64,000 bases of DNA, from assembly GCA_030698625.1 (NCBI GenBank), contig JAUYMS010000026.1:14841-78840 (forward strand), read 5' to 3'. Position numbers and translations under genes: made by a program. The stretch is from Candidatus Omnitrophota bacterium (GTDB taxonomy: Bacteria > Omnitrophota > Omnitrophia > Omnitrophales > Aquincolibacteriaceae). The notes under the pieces are model-generated. The model did not search any database. It was not told the DNA's origin and worked only from the letters and a program-made list of their open reading frames with translations. Shown here in pieces: positions 19,018-27,586 of this stretch; position 1 is the first letter of the stretch; each line of letters opens with the position of its first letter.

Positions 19018-19615
19018 TGGACATAACTGGATAAAATTCTCCGTACCCGGACGCTATTAGCCTTCGGGGTTCCACTCCCTGCTGATCAACAAAGAAATGA
19101 ATAACCTCAGTGGCTCGTGCGGTGGATAGCTCCCAATTGGATCGCCACCCGGAATGCCGGATGGGATCGTTATCAGTATGGCCTTCTACATAGACCAAGT
19201 TATCCCTAACCTGTTCTACAAGCGTATCGCCAACTTTCTCAAGAGTTGATCTCGACGACTCCTTCAGATCCGATTTACCGGAATCAAAAAGCACACGGTC
19301 AAGCACAGTCACGACAAGACCACGGTCTTGCATGGAAACAGAAAGATTACCGGCAGCCATTTCGCCCTGAAGCTTACCTTCCAAATCAGTCTTTGCTCGC
19401 AATAATTCTTCCCTGGCACCGTAAAGCGCGTCGAGCTCCTGGTTGAGTCTATTGACTTCGTCGGTCATCGCAGAAATCGTCGCGGCCTGTTCTTGGTTAA
19501 GTCTCAAGAGCTCCTTATCACTCTTGGCACATCCCGTCGCCATGAAGGCAACCGCTATGAGCAGCGCCATTGAAGCTAAAATCGGGGAACGGAAGAAACT
19601 TTGATTCTTTGACAT
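18923..19615 (-). CDS. OmpA/MotB/Pal-family peptidoglycan-binding lipoprotein with an N-terminal coiled coil.
   Basis: Lipoprotein signal ...FMATGC. The C-terminal OmpA_C-like motifs are VEGHTDN...NWELSTARA...RRVEIVI. An AGGAGG Shine-Dalgarno lies 6 nt upstream of ATG 19615. Confidence 0.75.
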   Translation of the reverse strand: MSKNQSFFRSPILASMALLIAVAFMATGCAKSDKELLRLNQEQAATISAMTDEVNRLNQELDALYGAREELLRAKTDLEGKLQGEMAAGNLSVSMQDRGLVVTVLDRVLFDSGKSDLKESSRSTLEKVGDTLVEQVRDNLVYVEGHTDNDPIRHSGWRSNWELSTARATEVIHFFVDQQGVEPRRLIASGYGEFYPVMSNETSSGKQKNRRVEIVISPQKFTPTAVAGTA

Positions 19616-19632
19616 AACAGCCTCCTAAAAAA

Positions 19633-19848
19633 TTATATTTGTAGTATCGAGATCAGAAAAAATCCAACAATGGCAAACAAATACGAACAGAAAAGCAGAA
19701 AATAAAAAACGGGGCTCAAACTTTTGCGCGTCGCGACGTCGCTCTTGACAGAGAAATCGTCAGAGCGCTTCGGTTTCTGAATGCTGATTCGCGGCCGCTC
19801 TGGTTTGGCTACATTAACTGAATGAGTCCGACTCATTACAAGATTCAT
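19633..19848 (-). CDS. Possible small tail-anchored membrane protein of 71 aa, with a 1-nt gap after the GAF/HD-GYP stop. Uncertain.
   Basis: C-terminal transmembrane segment SPVFYFLLFCSYLFAIVGFFLISILQI. The start sits immediately after the upstream stop, so coupling is possible. No clear Shine-Dalgarno. It contains a perfect 8+2+8 palindrome. Confidence 0.25.
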   Translation of the reverse strand: MNLVMSRTHSVNVAKPERPRISIQKPKRSDDFSVKSDVATRKSLSPVFYFLLFCSYLFAIVGFFLISILQI

Positions 19849-19849
19849 A

Positions 19850-21400
19850 CTAACGCTTCCCTGAGCTTACAAGTTCCTGCTGGATGCGCTTCACCTTTTC
19901 CATGATACTTTTACGCTGAACAACTTTGATGAAGCTGTCGACGACGCGTGGGTCAAACTGAGTGCCTCGGTTAGCTTTGATTTCCTTGAGGGCCTGCTCG
20001 ATGCTCATTAGGTCGCGATAGGCCCGCTTGGAACTCATGGCAACGAAGGAGTCTACCACAGAAACAATACGTGCGCCAATAGGGATTTCATCCCCTTTTA
20101 ATCCCTGAGGGTAGCCTTTTCCGTCGAAACGTTCACGGTGATGGAGAATGATGGGAATCACCGGTTTCAACGAAGAAATAGATCGCAGAAGACTCGCACC
20201 GCGCATCGGAATGCGCTTCACTTCCGCCAACTCCTTCTTCGTCAGCTTACCTTTCTTATGCAGAACCTGCTCCGGCACTCCCAAAGCGCCTGTATCCCTC
20301 AAAAAGACAGCCCTTTGCAGATGAATGAGGTCCCGGCTCGACAGATCCATCTCCCTGCCGATCTCCAGAACAATCTCGGCAAACACCGGCAGCTGACTGC
20401 GGTCACCCCCGAAGTTCAATTCCATCAATTCGTTAATAGCCTTGATACTCCCCAATGTGAGCTGCTCAGTTTCCTCAAAAAGCTGGGCATTCTTGATGGC
20501 CACAACCGCCTGCTCTGAGAGCGACTTCAGGATCTCCAAGTCCGTCTTGGTAAACGGCTGATTATCGGACTTGTCCCAAAGCACGATGACACCCACAACA
20601 TCCTCTTCAATGAAGGGTACGGCTATAGATCGCCGCGTGAGGTGAAACTCACCTGTCGACGCAATATGTCCTTCCAATCCGCGGCCTACGCGAAGCCGCT
20701 GGCGGTGAACAAAACGCGGATTCTCCCCAAAACTAAAGCATGGGAGCAGGTATTCATGGGTGGGGTCTATCAACATGATGGAGCACCCCGTCGCCTTCAA
20801 GACTTGAGCACTCAAACGTCCGATTCGGGGCAGCAAATCGGTAAGGCGAATGGACGAGCTGATTACTCGGTGGACCGAATGCATCGTCGACAAGGCTAGC
20901 GCACGAGGGTGAACCGTCTCATAGAAGTTATTAAGCTCGAAGGTCTTATAAGCAAGCTCAACCTGGCTGCTCAGGAAGTAATCGAATGGCTGGATGTAAG
21001 CGCGGAGTTTCTGTGACGGGTCCGTCAAGGAACAGAGCAGCAAAAAACCCTTAAGCTTTCCAAGATGGCTGATGGCGAAAATGGCCCCCCTGCGACCGTG
21101 GGAGTCCTTATAAAAAGAGGGCAAATCCTGCGGGCTATCGACACTGCTGGCAAGGACCTCGCAGTACTTAATGAGAAATGCCTCCATGCTTCTCTGATTC
21201 TGTACGGACTCGGCGTAAAAGGGGCAGTGGTCCTTGCGATCTAATCGGATCAATCGGCTCGTGGGATCCTTTTCGAGAAGATAGAGCCATCCGAGCGGCC
21301 GTCCAAAAAGTTGATTGAAAGAGCGATACCCTTCATGCCACTGAGGGTTGGGCTGCATGAAGCGCTCGATGACCGTCAATTTCTTCTTATTTTTTTTCAT
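19850..21400 (-). CDS. Tandem-GAF protein with a C-terminal HD-GYP-type domain whose HD dyad is degenerate (RD).
   Basis: The C-terminus reads HHRERFDGKGYPQGL (GYP motif), but the first motif reads AVFLRDTGALGV instead of HDxGK. The N-terminal ~330 aa is GAF-like. Confidence 0.75.
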   Translation of the reverse strand: MKKNKKKLTVIERFMQPNPQWHEGYRSFNQLFGRPLGWLYLLEKDPTSRLIRLDRKDHCPFYAESVQNQRSMEAFLIKYCEVLASSVDSPQDLPSFYKDSHGRRGAIFAISHLGKLKGFLLLCSLTDPSQKLRAYIQPFDYFLSSQVELAYKTFELNNFYETVHPRALALSTMHSVHRVISSSIRLTDLLPRIGRLSAQVLKATGCSIMLIDPTHEYLLPCFSFGENPRFVHRQRLRVGRGLEGHIASTGEFHLTRRSIAVPFIEEDVVGVIVLWDKSDNQPFTKTDLEILKSLSEQAVVAIKNAQLFEETEQLTLGSIKAINELMELNFGGDRSQLPVFAEIVLEIGREMDLSSRDLIHLQRAVFLRDTGALGVPEQVLHKKGKLTKKELAEVKRIPMRGASLLRSISSLKPVIPIILHHRERFDGKGYPQGLKGDEIPIGARIVSVVDSFVAMSSKRAYRDLMSIEQALKEIKANRGTQFDPRVVDSFIKVVQRKSIMEKVKRIQQELVSSGKR

Positions 21401-22548
21401 CGCATCTCAGCCACAGGCCCCTGGCTCTTTATGATTCGCTCATGAGTCTCAAGAGCAAATCGATCCGTCATTCCGGAAACATAATCGCAAATAGCTCGAT
21501 AGAGACCATATTTGGTTTGTCGCGCAAGCATGTCCTCCGACAAAATCTCCGGCGCTCGCAGCGACGCCTTAAAAAGTGATCTCACAACTTCTTTTCCCCG
21601 CTCCGCCATGCCGACAACGCGTTCATGCTGATAGAGCGCTCGGTGTAAAAATCTCCTCAACTCCATCCGGTACTGCCGAATCTTGGGAGAAAACCCTACG
21701 ATTCGGCGACCCGTTTTCTGCAAGTCTTCGACAGAACGGAATCTCAGTTTTTTTATTGTTAAAGACGTCGTATCGACGACATCTGTCACTTGATAGTTAA
21801 TAAGTAGCCGGATCGCAAGCCGCTTCCTCTGCATCTCGGGCATCGGAGGACATTTCTTACCGATATACTCTTCGAGGTCTCGCCAAATTCCGAGCTCTGA
21901 TATATCCTCCTCGCGAATCAGTCCTGCCCGCAATCCGTCATCAAGATCATGGCTATTGTATGCAATTTCGTCGGCCACATCTACAACATCAGCTTCGAGG
22001 CTTCGAAATGGGCGCGATCCCTTTGGATAAAACCGCTCCGGGTGCTTTTTGAGGCCCTCCCTCGTTTCAAAACTAAGATTGAGGCCAGGAAATTCGGCAT
22101 AGCTGGACTCTAACTCTTCGACGATCCGCAAGCACTGCTCGTTATGCTCAAACCCGCCGTGGCCCTTCATCATCTCCTGCAGAGCCCACTGCCCGGCATG
22201 GCCAAAGGGCCCATGGCCCAAATCATGAGCTAGCGCGATCGCCTCTACCAAATCTTCATTCAAAGCCAAGGCTCGCGCGATGGTTCTTGCAATCTGGCAG
22301 GTCTCCAGCGTGTGGGTCAAACGCGTGCGGAAATGGTCTCCCTCATCGTTGACAAAGACCTGTGTTTTGTACTGCAATCGCCGGAAGGCCGTGCTGTGCA
22401 AAACCCGATCGCGATCCCGCTGGAACGGAGTGCGGACTTCATGTTCCTTTTCGAGATACTGACGTCCTCGGAATGCCGCACTCTTAACGGCATACCCTGC
22501 CAATAAACTTGCTTCTTTCTTCTGATATGCTGTACGGGACCTTTTCAA
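21397..22548 (-). CDS. dGTP triphosphohydrolase-like HD-domain protein (Dgt family, short type).
   Basis: QRDRDRVLHSTAFRRLQYKTQVF...HDLGHGPFGH motifs. The ATGA overlap makes it coupled to the downstream GAF gene. Confidence 0.85.
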   Translation of the reverse strand: MKRSRTAYQKKEASLLAGYAVKSAAFRGRQYLEKEHEVRTPFQRDRDRVLHSTAFRRLQYKTQVFVNDEGDHFRTRLTHTLETCQIARTIARALALNEDLVEAIALAHDLGHGPFGHAGQWALQEMMKGHGGFEHNEQCLRIVEELESSYAEFPGLNLSFETREGLKKHPERFYPKGSRPFRSLEADVVDVADEIAYNSHDLDDGLRAGLIREEDISELGIWRDLEEYIGKKCPPMPEMQRKRLAIRLLINYQVTDVVDTTSLTIKKLRFRSVEDLQKTGRRIVGFSPKIRQYRMELRRFLHRALYQHERVVGMAERGKEVVRSLFKASLRAPEILSEDMLARQTKYGLYRAICDYVSGMTDRFALETHERIIKSQGPVAEMR

Positions 22549-22552
22549 TTTT

Positions 22553-23035
22553 TTAGGGCAACTTCGCCTTTAGCTCACGGTACACCGAGGCCAGCGATTC
22601 AGAAATGACCTTGGTTTCGCCCAAAACCTGCATGAAGTTTGTGTCTCCATTCCAGCGGGGCACGACATGCATATGGAGATGGCCGGGAACTCCGGCTCCG
22701 CTTGTACGGCCAAAATTCATGCCCCAGTTAAAACCCTGCGGCCGCATACTCTTCTCCAGAGCCGATTGAACCCTCTGACACATATCGAGCCAGTCCAATT
22801 TTTCAGGATCTGTCATCTGGGCAATATATTTGATATGCCTCTTTGGAAGTATCAGGACGTGACCATTGTTATAGGGGTAGAGGTTCAGCACAGAAAAGCT
22901 GTAGCGGCTTCTCTTGAGAATGTAGTGGCGGGTGTCCCGGTTTTTCTTTAATAAAGAGCAGAATACGCAACCGCTCTTCTTAGGGCCTCTCGGCCGGATA
23001 TAGACTTTGCGCCAAGGTGCCCACAGTCGTTTCAT
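22553..23035 (-). CDS. HIT-family nucleotide hydrolase/transferase (Ap4A phosphorylase/GalT-like branch). The start is refined to ATG 23035.
   Basis: N-terminal LWAPWR and histidine triad HLHMHVVPR. GAGGG lies 7 nt upstream of ATG 23035. The ORF-track start is an in-frame GTG. Confidence 0.8.
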   Translation of the reverse strand: MKRLWAPWRKVYIRPRGPKKSGCVFCSLLKKNRDTRHYILKRSRYSFSVLNLYPYNNGHVLILPKRHIKYIAQMTDPEKLDWLDMCQRVQSALEKSMRPQGFNWGMNFGRTSGAGVPGHLHMHVVPRWNGDTNFMQVLGETKVISESLASVYRELKAKLP

Positions 23036-24686
23036 GACGGCCCTCACCTGTCCAATCGATCATCTTCGGTAAGTCATAGACACTTAACAACACATTAAAA
23101 TCGCGAAGTCCCCAAAGCTGAATCTTGGCTTCCTGCGCCATAAGCTTCGCATTCTGCTCAATCCCCCCGAGGGCAATCAGAATTTTCTGCTGCAATTTGC
23201 GACGCGTCCGCTTCAAGTCTTCCAGGAAAAGCGCCACGTCTTCCTCACGAACACGATCTTGCGCAACCTGGCAAAACCAGTTCGCATTACTGCCTCTAGC
23301 CACAAGGGGAAAAATTCTTCCGTTGGTGGGCCGAAAAAGAACCTCCGCAAAATGGGGGCACCGAACACGCCGCCCATCCCACGCTACGAGATCATTGCGG
23401 AATTCTTTAAACAGCGTTTCGACACGCTGTGTAATATCCCGGTCCGCCTCCGCCGAGACTTGATGAAATGCCTGCCGCAGGGAATCTTTCAACTCGGTCC
23501 ACACCTGACCCGTGTCAGGAGTATAAAGGCATTGCCGCTTCTTGTAAACCTCACGCAACCAGAATCGCATAAGCGGATCATCAAGGACATAAAAGGCTCC
23601 GCGCTTCACCAGCACATCTTCGCTGACGAGACGCTGAAGAATTTTCTTTGTCTCCGCCGTTCCCTTGTCGATATATGTCGCAATATTCGCCACTTTCCTC
23701 CTGCCCTCAGCTCCCGCCAGCAAAACACGCAAGCATGCGGTTCCGTCCTTGGCAAGCCCCATGACCGACTCCAGCTTCGAGTCAAACACGAGTGCGATGC
23801 GTCCATGGTAATCGAAAAGCTCGTGCGCAAAAGCCTCCACTAATAGATCTTCGCTTAAGTGGTTCGATTCGGCGCTCGGCAGCATCCACCGCAACCGATC
23901 CGCTAAAAGTTTTAGGTAGACGGGCTCACCGTCAGTCATGGCGAGGATGAATTTTTTCTGAGCATCCTGGAGATGGCAACCCGGCAACCGCGCGCCGAGG
24001 AACTCTACCGACTGCTGAAAATCAAGAGTCTGCATTTCCAGCACCTCAAAATTCCCAAATAGCAGAGACAGTTTATCTCTGAATATCTCACGTGCCCTCT
24101 GGGCCTTTGAACTCGACACGAGATAAAAAGTGTCTTTAGCGACCATTATCTCCTTACCCAAAAGAGCATAGGGGTCCGAGACCGGCAAGCAATCCAAGCT
24201 CTGGATTTCGTCAATCATCAGGACAATTTTCTTGCCTGTCTCCTCTGCCATAACACCCGTCAGCGCAAACAGTTCGCGCATCCAAAACGAAGCTTTTTCG
24301 CGTCGGATCATCTTCTTGACGCGCCGCACCTGCTCCCGCGTCTTGGGCACCAGGGATTCAGAGGCTGACACAAGGGAAGAAAAATCTTTGGGGGGTGACA
24401 GAGAGCGGCTTAAAAAAAGACCGGTCAAGAGACCGGCGATCCACCTTTCTACGAATTGCTCATACCCAAGCGAATCGGGCGGAATGTAAACAGGGATCAG
24501 GTTATCGCGACCACAGAGAGACTGGTACAGTGAGCAGAGGAGGTGGGTCTTTCCGGTTCCCGCACGTCCTATCAGCCCGATATTTTGCCGATAGCCGCGA
24601 TCAAATGCCTCTAGGCGCATTTCCAGACGATGCCGAATCTGGTCTCGCGCTGCAAAGATGGTCTCCGCAGATTGCATGACTACCAA
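22980..24686 (-). CDS. P-loop NTPase (Arch_ATPase/AAA+-like) with a large C-terminal domain of unknown function.
   Basis: Walker A GRAGTGKTHLL and Walker B-like VLMIDEIQ. Roughly 350 aa of C-terminal extension. It overlaps the start of the HIT gene by 56 nt. Confidence 0.6.
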   Translation of the reverse strand: MVVMQSAETIFAARDQIRHRLEMRLEAFDRGYRQNIGLIGRAGTGKTHLLCSLYQSLCGRDNLIPVYIPPDSLGYEQFVERWIAGLLTGLFLSRSLSPPKDFSSLVSASESLVPKTREQVRRVKKMIRREKASFWMRELFALTGVMAEETGKKIVLMIDEIQSLDCLPVSDPYALLGKEIMVAKDTFYLVSSSKAQRAREIFRDKLSLLFGNFEVLEMQTLDFQQSVEFLGARLPGCHLQDAQKKFILAMTDGEPVYLKLLADRLRWMLPSAESNHLSEDLLVEAFAHELFDYHGRIALVFDSKLESVMGLAKDGTACLRVLLAGAEGRRKVANIATYIDKGTAETKKILQRLVSEDVLVKRGAFYVLDDPLMRFWLREVYKKRQCLYTPDTGQVWTELKDSLRQAFHQVSAEADRDITQRVETLFKEFRNDLVAWDGRRVRCPHFAEVLFRPTNGRIFPLVARGSNANWFCQVAQDRVREEDVALFLEDLKRTRRKLQQKILIALGGIEQNAKLMAQEAKIQLWGLRDFNVLLSVYDLPKMIDWTGEGRHETTVGTLAQSLYPAERP

Positions 24687-24879
24687 ACACCGAGTTTCGA
24701 GGTTGCACTTTGCGGAGGAAACAGGGAGGAAGATATTCTACGATGTATGAGTGCTTCTAAACCCTTAGACTATTTCCCGCCGCGTTTAACGTGGAAGATA
24801 TCTTACGCAATTGCATCGGGAAAGCAAGGGGTAAATAACTCCGGGCAGAACCCTTGCGGCAGAAGGCAAAACTGCTGGC

Positions 24880-26205
24880 CTACTGCAGATCAAAGATCTT
24901 TTTTAACTCTGTCGCAAGTTTCAAACTGTCGTGCCGCGCAAGTTCTGCTCGCATAGACAAGTCAGCCGGAATTACAACCGCTTGCGTTATTTTTCTAAAC
25001 TCGTCCAAGTTGCGCTCAATTACCGGCGCCTGACCTTTCTGCGCGTACAGCTCTAGCAGATCACGTGAAAGCTGGGTTGAGGAACAAAACACATAATCCA
25101 AGCAATCTTTACCCAAGTATTTCACGACTTCGCGAATGTGGTCGCTTACGGTGTAGTCGGTCGTCTCTCCGGGTTTGGTCATCACATTACAGATATAGAT
25201 CTTTTTAGCTTTACTCCTTCGAATTTCAGGGGCAACGCCTTCCACAATCAAATTCGAAATCACGCTGGTATACAAATCCCCGGGTCCCAGTACAATAAAG
25301 CGGGCGTGGCGAATCGCATCAAGAGCCTCAGAATTCGCTTTAGCCGGCGGATCCTGCCAAAGCCTCTCAATTCTCAATTTCGGGTCATTGCCTTCAAATA
25401 AGTCAATGCGATGTTCTCCCTCGATAATCGCGCCATTCTCGAGCTCCGCCTTCAGAATATTGAGGGACTCGGTGACTGGAATGACACGGCCCTGAATGCT
25501 GAGGATCGCACCGAGCATTTTCACCGCCTCGGTCATAGACCCCCTCATTTCGGTAAGGGCCGTGAGCAAAAGATTGCCGACATTGTGGTCTTTGAATTCG
25601 CCGCCCCCGCGAAAGCGGTGCTGAAGCAATTCGTTCAAAAGGTAGGGTGCGCTTGAGAGCGCAATTAAACTTCGCCTCACGTCACCGGGAGGGAGGATTC
25701 CAAAAAGGGCCCGGAGCTTTCCCGTGGAGCCGCCGTCATCGCTCATGCTCACAATCGCCGTCAGACTCAGACCCGACAATGTCTTGAGCCCTGAAAGCAA
25801 TGTAAAAAGACCGGTACCGCCGCCGAAACAAACCACCGACGACGACAACTCTAAGACCTGTTGCACCTTTTCGACCAAAGTGCGCAGACTAAACGGAAAA
25901 CTCATGACCTCGGTCAATTGAAGATTCTCCTTTTCTAACCGCTCCCGACCCGCATTCGTGCGTGCGATCGCGATAACATGGGGCGAAGAAAAACCTTCGA
26001 TTGAGTTTACGCGGTGAACGATTTCGACCGCGCCCATTCTCGGCAACGCTTCGTCGAGAATGAGGAGGTTGACACGCAAACTCATAGCAGTCTGAAAAGC
26101 ATCCACCCCATTGTCGACCTGAATCCAGTCATATTGAAATCGTTCCAGAGATCGGCGAATCAGGGTGGCCAGGGACGCATCCTGGGTGGCTAGAAGGATC
26201 TTCAT
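24880..26205 (-). CDS. Fusion of an N-terminal receiver (REC) domain to a YvcK/CofD-like (UPF0052, gluconeogenesis-factor) domain.
   Basis: REC region KILLATQ...LLILDE (residues 1-120). Then VVCFGGGTGLFTLLSGLK...VSMSDDGGSTGKLR...ILPPGDVRRSLIAL, the hallmark motifs of the YvcK family. Confidence 0.75.
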   Translation of the reverse strand: MKILLATQDASLATLIRRSLERFQYDWIQVDNGVDAFQTAMSLRVNLLILDEALPRMGAVEIVHRVNSIEGFSSPHVIAIARTNAGRERLEKENLQLTEVMSFPFSLRTLVEKVQQVLELSSSVVCFGGGTGLFTLLSGLKTLSGLSLTAIVSMSDDGGSTGKLRALFGILPPGDVRRSLIALSSAPYLLNELLQHRFRGGGEFKDHNVGNLLLTALTEMRGSMTEAVKMLGAILSIQGRVIPVTESLNILKAELENGAIIEGEHRIDLFEGNDPKLRIERLWQDPPAKANSEALDAIRHARFIVLGPGDLYTSVISNLIVEGVAPEIRRSKAKKIYICNVMTKPGETTDYTVSDHIREVVKYLGKDCLDYVFCSSTQLSRDLLELYAQKGQAPVIERNLDEFRKITQAVVIPADLSMRAELARHDSLKLATELKKIFDLQ

Positions 26206-27551
26206 TTCCGGCTAATGCAGCTCATTGCGGGCACAAGTCCCCCGCCGGCCGAAACATTGATGACAGACTGATCTGAAAGGCGACATACGCTCCCCGCATA
26301 ACGGCCCCCGAAAACAAACGGGTTGAGGTTAATTTTCTTGTGAACCAACCGTACGCGGCCCTGCTCCAGGATAGGAACTCGCATTTCAGGAATACGAACA
26401 TATTCCTGCACCACCCAGTGTTCACCGCTCTTGAGGACCCGCTCCACGGTACGTGTCCATTCGGATTTGGAGGTTTCGCGGCCTATCTTCACGTCCCTAC
26501 CGCCGTAACTGTCTGAGGGTTTTAAGACTAGGGCATCACGATTTTCAGCGATCATCTTCTGCAAATAGATACTTTTCCCACCGTAAAACTTCTTTCCTTC
26601 GATCACCCGCCGTGTCCAAGGGATATGCTTATCGCGAACCTTGAGCTCGTCGGGCGTAAAAAAATGTTCATAGGCCGCATTCGTCAGAATTGAAAGAACC
26701 GCCTTATTACCGGCAAGACGCGAACGCAAGGGATTGACCACACACACCTTGCCCAAGCGGTACGCTTTCAAGAAATCCCCAATTTCATCCTGCTTCTGCA
26801 TGAGTTCACGAAAGATCGCACGACGATAAACTAAATCTATGCGAAAATCCTTGGCATAAAGCTTGCCAGACCGCAGACGTAGGTCGCGGGGATCGGCAAT
26901 CACCGTAGGATATCCGCGCGATTCAAAATACTTCTTGATAATCACGAATTCGCTCATCGTCCGAATAGTACGCCAATCAACGATGGCAATACTGGGGTGC
27001 TTCTTGGCGCCACCGTGTTCGTGATAACAATCGACGAGAGCCCTTAGCAGAGCGCTTAGACGGCCAAATTTCCTAAAATGCCACTGTGAACGCAATTCCC
27101 TAACAAAGAAGCACTTTCGCAGAATCTGCTCCTGGATATCGGCGTAGCCGGCCCCGGCAGGGCTGTCACAGTTGAATTCTATAAATTCTAACCGGTTGCC
27201 ATTTAAAAAACCGTCGGGACGCGCGATAATGATATTACGCATGTAACCGGGATCAACATCCATATACTTTGCTGCAATTTTGGTCAGACCGAATATAGGC
27301 CTCAGTTCAGGGTGACTAAAATAGGCTTGGATGACCTTTTCCAGCATGCTGACGAACCGTGACGTGACATGCTGCAACTGGCGGGTTACGTGCTCCGTCA
27401 GGAAGAAGGGCTTTATGAAACAAGGGGTCGCCTTATCGCCAAATTTGCAATCTTTAGAAACGAGTATGGAATCCAGCTCTTCGATGGCTGTGCGCATCTT
27501 TGCACGATTGGCAAGAATCAATGTATCATATTGCTTTTCAACGGCTATCAT
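26202..27551 (-). CDS. Glutathionylspermidine-synthase-like circularly permuted ATP-grasp amide ligase (YgiC/YjfC-like).
   Basis: The C-terminal half is collinear with E. coli YgiC: NPLRSRLAGNKAVLSIL, VLKPSDSYGGRDVKIG, WVVQEYV, NLNPFVFGGRYAGSVCRLSD. Its stop overlaps the REC-YvcK start as ATGA. Confidence 0.6.
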   Translation of the reverse strand: MIAVEKQYDTLILANRAKMRTAIEELDSILVSKDCKFGDKATPCFIKPFFLTEHVTRQLQHVTSRFVSMLEKVIQAYFSHPELRPIFGLTKIAAKYMDVDPGYMRNIIIARPDGFLNGNRLEFIEFNCDSPAGAGYADIQEQILRKCFFVRELRSQWHFRKFGRLSALLRALVDCYHEHGGAKKHPSIAIVDWRTIRTMSEFVIIKKYFESRGYPTVIADPRDLRLRSGKLYAKDFRIDLVYRRAIFRELMQKQDEIGDFLKAYRLGKVCVVNPLRSRLAGNKAVLSILTNAAYEHFFTPDELKVRDKHIPWTRRVIEGKKFYGGKSIYLQKMIAENRDALVLKPSDSYGGRDVKIGRETSKSEWTRTVERVLKSGEHWVVQEYVRIPEMRVPILEQGRVRLVHKKINLNPFVFGGRYAGSVCRLSDQSVINVSAGGGLVPAMSCISRK

Positions 27552-27586
27552 GGGTCTGTGAATAGATCGACTCTCCGGAGGATTTT

